A DNA stretch of 64,000 bases from Haplodiscus bocki (Eukaryota). The stretch spans positions 65,286,001 to 65,350,000 of the forward strand of contig OZ296649.1 in assembly GCA_965655095.1 (NCBI GenBank), given 5' to 3'. The translations under genes were made by a program, and so were the position numbers. The notes under the pieces are model-generated. The model saw only the letters and a list, made by a program, of their open reading frames with translations. It was not told the origin of the DNA and ran no database searches. Shown one piece after another: positions 58,055 to 64,000 of the stretch (its first letter is position 1; every line of letters starts with the position of its first letter).

Positions 58055-59503
58055 ATGCTTTGTCAGCGTTCTGTCGAGAGTCGAACAAAAAGTAACCCAA
58101 CAGCGTCTCCTGCGTGCCCCTGTTGCGGTAAAGCTTACGATGGATCAACAAACAGATGTGTTCAGGATGCTTGCGGACATTTTAGATGTTTTCTGTGCGT
58201 GTTTCAAGGAGTGAAATGCGTCAATTGTTTTCCCAGCCAACCTCATCAGCGCACCATTAGCCAGAGCAATAAAACTAGCAAAGCACCGGGTTAGCTGCTT
58301 CGTTTGGTTGCGACGACTATTTGCTTCTATCTGTGCTCGATTTTGCAGGAAAAAAAGTGTTGAACAAGCTCAGGACAGCTCAAATGTCGAAAAAGCGCAA
58401 ACGTTTGGGCAGACCAAAGATCGCATCACGTTTCTTGTTGCAATTTTTTTTCTAACATTGTTGCTGAGGGGCCCTTTTTTCTTTGCTTTGCTTTTTATGA
58501 CTTGATTAATTGGTTCTGCTGGCAAGGATTAATTAGGTTTTTAAATGATTTAAAATCTTAGTTGAAATTGATATGTGTTTTGGATGTGACATTTGACTCA
58601 TTGTTTCAGCAAATCCGAAACATCAGAGGCACCAACAGCATTCAAGTGCTATTGAGGAGACACGGAAGCCAGTTTTCAGTGCTCCAAGTGTGAATAGCTA
58701 TGTTTGGCAGACTGCGCGCGCAGCGCCGGATGTTGCGCAATTGGATGTCTCTACGACGATTGAAGATCCAGATGCTGATGACCACGATCATCATTACTGG
58801 CTATATCAGCCATTGGAAGAAAAAGACAACAACAGTTGTACTGGCGCCTCAACTACAGGGCAGGCTAGGAGAGATAATTTATTATTACCCAGTGTAGAAT
58901 CAAGCAACCAGTTCGCAACGTCCAGACTTATGACTCCTATTGCAGAAGAAGATAGTCAGCTATCATCTGACGAAGAAATGGACATGCCAGCATTAGGAAT
59001 ACCCAATGCGACCGGGGGTCAAGTTATTGACCATATTTATTGCAGTATCTCGGATGACGATTTGCCTAGTAAAGAGTTTGAGGACTCAATTGCTGATTCG
59101 TCTTTCCCCGATATAATTAGACCATCAATTGGAATTGCCCCACGATTGCCTCCAAGAAGACCTGATGTAACAAGCATTACAAACATTTCGTCCTCTTCAA
59201 ATCACAGTTCTGCCCAGAATCCAGTGTATGATCCAGGCAGGGGCATTCAAGGAACGGGAAGCTCAGAAAGTTTGAAATCTTTATCAACTGATTCTTCTTC
59301 TAATACTGTCCGCAATTCAGCGTCTATAATTCTGGCAAATAATTCTTTGGCTGTTGCACCTAAACAGCAGAAATCGCTGCATGGAAGCAGTGTCTCTTCT
59401 TCTGGTTGGCCCGGCGCAAGTTATGAAGCGCAACTAAAAATGAACAAAAGCACAAGCCTTTCATCTGTTTGCGTATCTAACGTGGCACCTACGGCGACTA
59501 AAC
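58055..59503 (+). CDS. 5' exons of a host gene: N-terminal RING (TANC/rolling-pebbles-like) then Ser-rich low-complexity region; exons ~58055-58289 and 58610-59503, 3'-incomplete
   Basis: CPCC..YD....VQDACGHFRCFLC.....CVNC. A phase-1 GTTAG...TTTCAG intron (58290-58609) joins the RING exon in frame with the 272-aa ORF, and the next donor GTTAGT is at 59504. Family assignment rests on the RING motif only. Confidence 0.6.
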
Positions 59504-62500
59504 GTTAGTGTAGCATTTTTACAGTCAGTTACTTTTTTGAATTTGACTCTTGGGTAATGACTTTGATTTTTGAAAGCAAAAATATCCTTCTCACGATATC
59601 TTCCGGGACTGTTTTGATGTTCGCCACGGCGTATTGATCGCTTACAAAATTATCGCTTATTGCTTCTTTCGCTTTTTCTGAATTTTTTTGATGGCGCCTC
59701 TTATAGAACTTGCGCACTTTTCCGCATGTCGCCGATGAAGAAAGTTAGAAATAATTTTTCAAGTCAAGTTAACTTGCATAAAAAAAATAAATCCTCAAGA
59801 GCTTTATTTGATAGGTTGGTTCCCATTTCCTGAAAATGTTTTCGATAGGCAGATGCGACATGAAAGACGCGCTAAAAATATTGTATGCCATAGTTCAGAC
59901 CTCTGGGTGCCCAGCCTAAAACATTCAGGATCAATATCTGCAACTGCATCGTATTTGTGAAAATGAACAAAGCGGCCGGCTAAAACTGGCATATTTTGCG
60001 CCCTCCAATTTTGTTATAGATGCTTTTTAATAGGATGAAAGCGTTTTTTTTCCAAAAAATACTCTTCGTCAAATTTTCTAATTTTTCCAAATGAAAAAAT
60101 TTTCTGATTTTTGTTTTGCAAAAAGACCTCACGAATAAGGTGGGAAGACATTTTTAAGAATTAATATCATTTCATACGCATTCTAAAGCAAATTTGCCAC
60201 CTTTACCGATTTTGGAAAAAAAAAATAATTCAAGTTCTTTCCAAAATAAACTATTTTTCAAAAAACCCCATGTTCATACGCATTGGAGAGATCTTACTAT
60301 TTCAGTCGCACGCTACTGAAAATTGGCTATAATTTGGTGATGAAAAATTTCAACTTCAGAATCATTCGGACATTTTCAATTGGTAAGTAAACGGAAAAAA
60401 CACAAGCATTGAATGGATGATTTTCCTTCCGTGTCATAAATATGGGCGGAAAATATTAAAACCGTTTACGCAGCTGCCTATTCGTTGAAATTTCCATTTG
60501 CTGAAGCCGCTTCGCTTATTTGACGCTTCGGCTCTGCTTAAATAATCGCGTTGTGCTTCAGTGTCAATAAACTGGTTCGATACGGCCACCTTGTGCAAGA
60601 AAGCTTTGAATATCAATTTTTGATTTAGAGTTTTCAAATAGTTGAGAGTACATCTTGATAATTTCAATGATTCGAGATTTTTGGAAACTCGATCTCATTT
60701 CATCATTGTTCAATTATTTTCATAAATGTTAAGGTAAAGCGAGGCTGTTTGATGAGAACGAAGTGCTCTGTTGTTTTGGCAAATGAATTAACTGCCAAAA
60801 GCATTCCAATAGCCCGATCTCGTTCAACATCTGAAATAGGCATTTCGATTAAACTTTAATATCACAGTTAAATTTGACGTGTATGATTAAATTTCACAAG
60901 AGCAATCATTTTTCAAAACTTGGAATATCAAGTTGAAAAAGCTACTCTCTATTTTCAACCGCATCTGCTTTTAATAGTGTTCTATTAAAAGCAAAAAATC
61001 TTTTATGTGGCAATAAGTTTAGTTGGAGGGCCATGTTATTTTGTCTTCTCACTTCAGTATGGAACTTGTGGAATGACCAAATTAGTTGAGACAGATCTTT
61101 TTGATGGGTGATCATCAGTCCAGTTTCTGAAAACAGAGTTCTTCAGATTGAATGCAAAGATAAAATGGTTTCGATTCTTATTTGAGTGTAGGAGTAAGTA
61201 GTCGTGGCTACTGAAACGAACTGGTTTCAAACTAAAAGATTTAGTTTTTGGCGTTTTACTTATTTTGGAAAAGTATGACATTTTACCTCGAATCAATAGC
61301 TGTCTTTGTGACAAGTTGTATGAACGGATTTTGTTGAGCAGTGTAGAATTTATCAGGGCTGAAAAAGTTTACTTTGGTCTTGTCGCTCAAGTTTTAGTTG
61401 CCGCTTTCATTGGAAAAGCCAATTTTTGTAGTTACTTTGCTTCTTTTTCTTTGAAAGCCTCTAGATTTTACTTCTTCGTATCTTTGCGCCTTTTCGAGTA
61501 TCTTTCGCAAATCGATTGTAATATAATTTCTATATTTTGATCCATTTACATTTAATTTCCTTTCCCAGCTAGAGCGAACGTGACTATTTAATTTTTCGAT
61601 TTCAAGTAATGATTCAAGTATGCTCTAACTTCCAGGATCTCTATTCTTTTGAAAAATCCATATTGCAAAATTCGTGAATTTGGATCGTTTGAAGTTTCTC
61701 TATAGCCTGTGTTGGGAAACCTCCGCTTAGCGTCTGCAATCTAAAATCGTTCAATTCCAATTTTTTAGCCATTATGAGTTCTAGCGCTTCATACCTACCA
61801 TCCTTGATGCATGTTTTTTTTCGCGTTACTCGTTCATTTTCGGAAATCGGCGTGACTGGCCAGCTGAGCGATAAAATAAAGTGGAACAGTTTATTTATTT
61901 ACTTTAATCATTTCTGTTTACTTTCTCGCTTCCACCAGCTAAAGCGAATATTACTATTTTCTCCGTTTTCAAGTACATGTAGTAAGTGCTTCAAATATTC
62001 TCTGAATTTTAATAGGAATTTGATTTTCCTCTTTTTCAAAATGATTAGTCATTTTTACTTATTCCACCCAATTCGCTTTTTTGCTATTCCAAATTCGTAG
62101 CACTTAATGCCTAGTATGCTTGATGTCTATGGTTTTTTTTTAAATATCACAACGAATGTTCCACTTTTCCCATTCTTTTTCTGGTACTGTATTTTACAGC
62201 ATTGCCAGTACAGTCAAAAACAAGCCCAGGTCAAAGGTAAGTTGTCAAAAACACGCATGGGTCCCCTATGATTTTTTTTCCGTATTGTGAGACCAATTAT
62301 TTCCGGTAAAAATTGTAGCCTTTTTAATACCACACCTCTGGTTTAACCAAATTTTTGCCCCCGACAGTTGCGCTGCACCGACTTTGAGCTGTTCTCAGCT
62401 CTTTCTTTCTTATATCGAGCTGTAAGGATAGCGACTCTAATCGCATTCAACACGCTTGTTTTTTTAGTTTGCGTCGAAAAATTTCGAAAGGAAAATATTC

Positions 62501-63049
62501 AATTCAGTAGGCGACGTTTTTTCCTTTTCCTGAAACTGCCCATAACGTGCAGACTTTTCGTTTCTGCAGGGTCGTTGATGTCTTGTATAATACAGGTGTC
62601 GGGTGTCACTGCGGTTCGGAAGCCGGAGATGGCGTATTCGAATCCCGCTATCGACCATATTCTGAGCGTATTTTTAGATACTCGTTAATAAGTTATTTTT
62701 TAACAAAAAATACGGTTTTTCGGCAAAAATTTAGGGTTTGTGATAAGTGGGCTTTTCTCAAAAATTACCCCCTTTCCGACGTAACTGAAGCAAATTGTTC
62801 TTTTCCATTTTTTTTTAAATTTGAGAAAACGTTTTCGATTTTGCTGAAAAAAACCGAAAAAAAGTTCAAGTTATAAGTCTGTTAAGAATTCGGTTAAAGT
62901 TTAATTATAAAATTGAAAAATTCTACACTTTTTCCAGTTTTTATGTTTTGGTTTTTTCTTTCAAAAGCAGAAAATGCATATCTTTTGTTCGAAAATATGT
63001 CTGCTGCAGCATATCGTTTTGTGATATCGACATTGAGATAATGCCGAAT

Positions 63050-64000
63050 AGACCGATTATTATTGAATTTCCTAGTTTTTGGAACTCACTTTTCTGCAAA
63101 AATACACATGTAAGTTTCTAATCTAGGTCTCAATCGGATATTTTCACTTGTAGTGAACTGTTTAGTTGGAGAAGTGTCGATTTTAATCCTCGCATCAAAA
63201 TCCTGATAGTCATATCTGGTAGTGCTTTTTATAATGATTTTTTTTTCAAAATTTAAACACTCATTTCTCAACAACTCTGAGCTTGATTTCTTCCATCAAG
63301 GTCCCAATCAAAAGCTTGTCATTTGCGGAAGTTGATTCGATTGAAAAATCAATTTTTCTGATCCTTCCATCATAATCCCGATAGTCAGAAATTTCAAAAA
63401 TTGTTTAATATTATTGATTTGTCTCTATAATCAAAATCATTTTTCTCAGTAACTACAGGTATGATTTCTCCAACGAAGGTCTCCTTCGAAAACTTTCCGC
63501 TTGCAGATGATGATTCCATTAACAAACTTTTTGTTTTGATGCATGGATGCTATTCATTTTGGTTTCGTTAATGTTTTTAATTCGCAGCCTTTACAAGTTC
63601 AATTTCCTCCATCGAAATCTCAATCGAAAACACATCACTTGTAGACAAGTATTCAACTAAAGAAAATCATTGTTTTTCTCCCTTGCATCAGAATCCTGAT
63701 AGTCCGAAAATTCCGAAGTAAACATTTTAATTTTTATTTTTCTCGATATTCAACCTCATTTTGACCAAAACTACGGGTTTTCTCTTCCATCAGGGTCGTC
63801 ATCGAAATCCTTCTAGTTGTAGATTTTTTTTTCGATAGGAGAATTGTCGATTTGTGTTCGGTCTTGCATCAGTGTTTTGACAGTCTGAAGTTTCCAAAAA
63901 ATGCTATTTTTTTATTTCGCTCAATTTTCAAGCTTGTTTTCCTCAGCCACTACAGTTCCCTAATCCTCCATTAAGAAATCAATCTAAAACATAACACTTA
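63050..64000. repeat. Degenerate ~160-180-bp tandem repeat
   Basis: Recurrent CATCA..ATCCTGATAGTC-like motif at 63205, 63380, 63698 and 63879, plus recurring ACTAC(A/G)G and CTTGTAG/CTTGCAG. Confidence 0.5.

Noticed and set aside
59520-63050. Short ORFs in the AT-rich right end
   Set aside because: No recognisable motifs and composition typical of intronic or intergenic DNA. No further exons could be supported.

Overview
Eukaryotic, AT-rich, intron-containing (probably invertebrate animal) DNA. Positions 1-56677 are a gap-free head-to-tail array of rolling-circle (Helitron-like) elements, all coding on the minus strand. Order: A1 (partial, 1-5921) | B (14.7 kb) | mini1 (1054 bp) | A2 (17.0 kb, intact) | C (16.9 kb) | mini2 (1051 bp). 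Every unit is joined to the next inside the same 25-bp motif, CACCGTTGCCTCCACTGGGTGGTCA, and a degenerate copy at ~56653-56677 marks the array edge. Full-length units encode (i) a ~2700-aa Zn-finger + OTU protease + HUH/Y2 Rep + Pif1-type helicase + C-terminal SLX1-like GIY-YIG nuclease polyprotein, (ii) a ~336-aa protein that may be OB-fold/RPA-like, and (iii) in A2 and C only, a two-exon SGNH hydrolase. The termini fit neither canonical Helitron (TC...CTRR) nor Helentron (TT target) rules. Divergent subfamilies and non-autonomous minis are stacked at one junction, which suggests a self-targeting, nuclease-bearing rolling-circle transposon system. The last ~7 kb is host DNA: a decayed LINE-ORF1-like fragment, 5' exons of a gene with a TANC/rolling-pebbles-like RING, and a degenerate tandem repeat. 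All identities were estimated by eye and no database searches were run.
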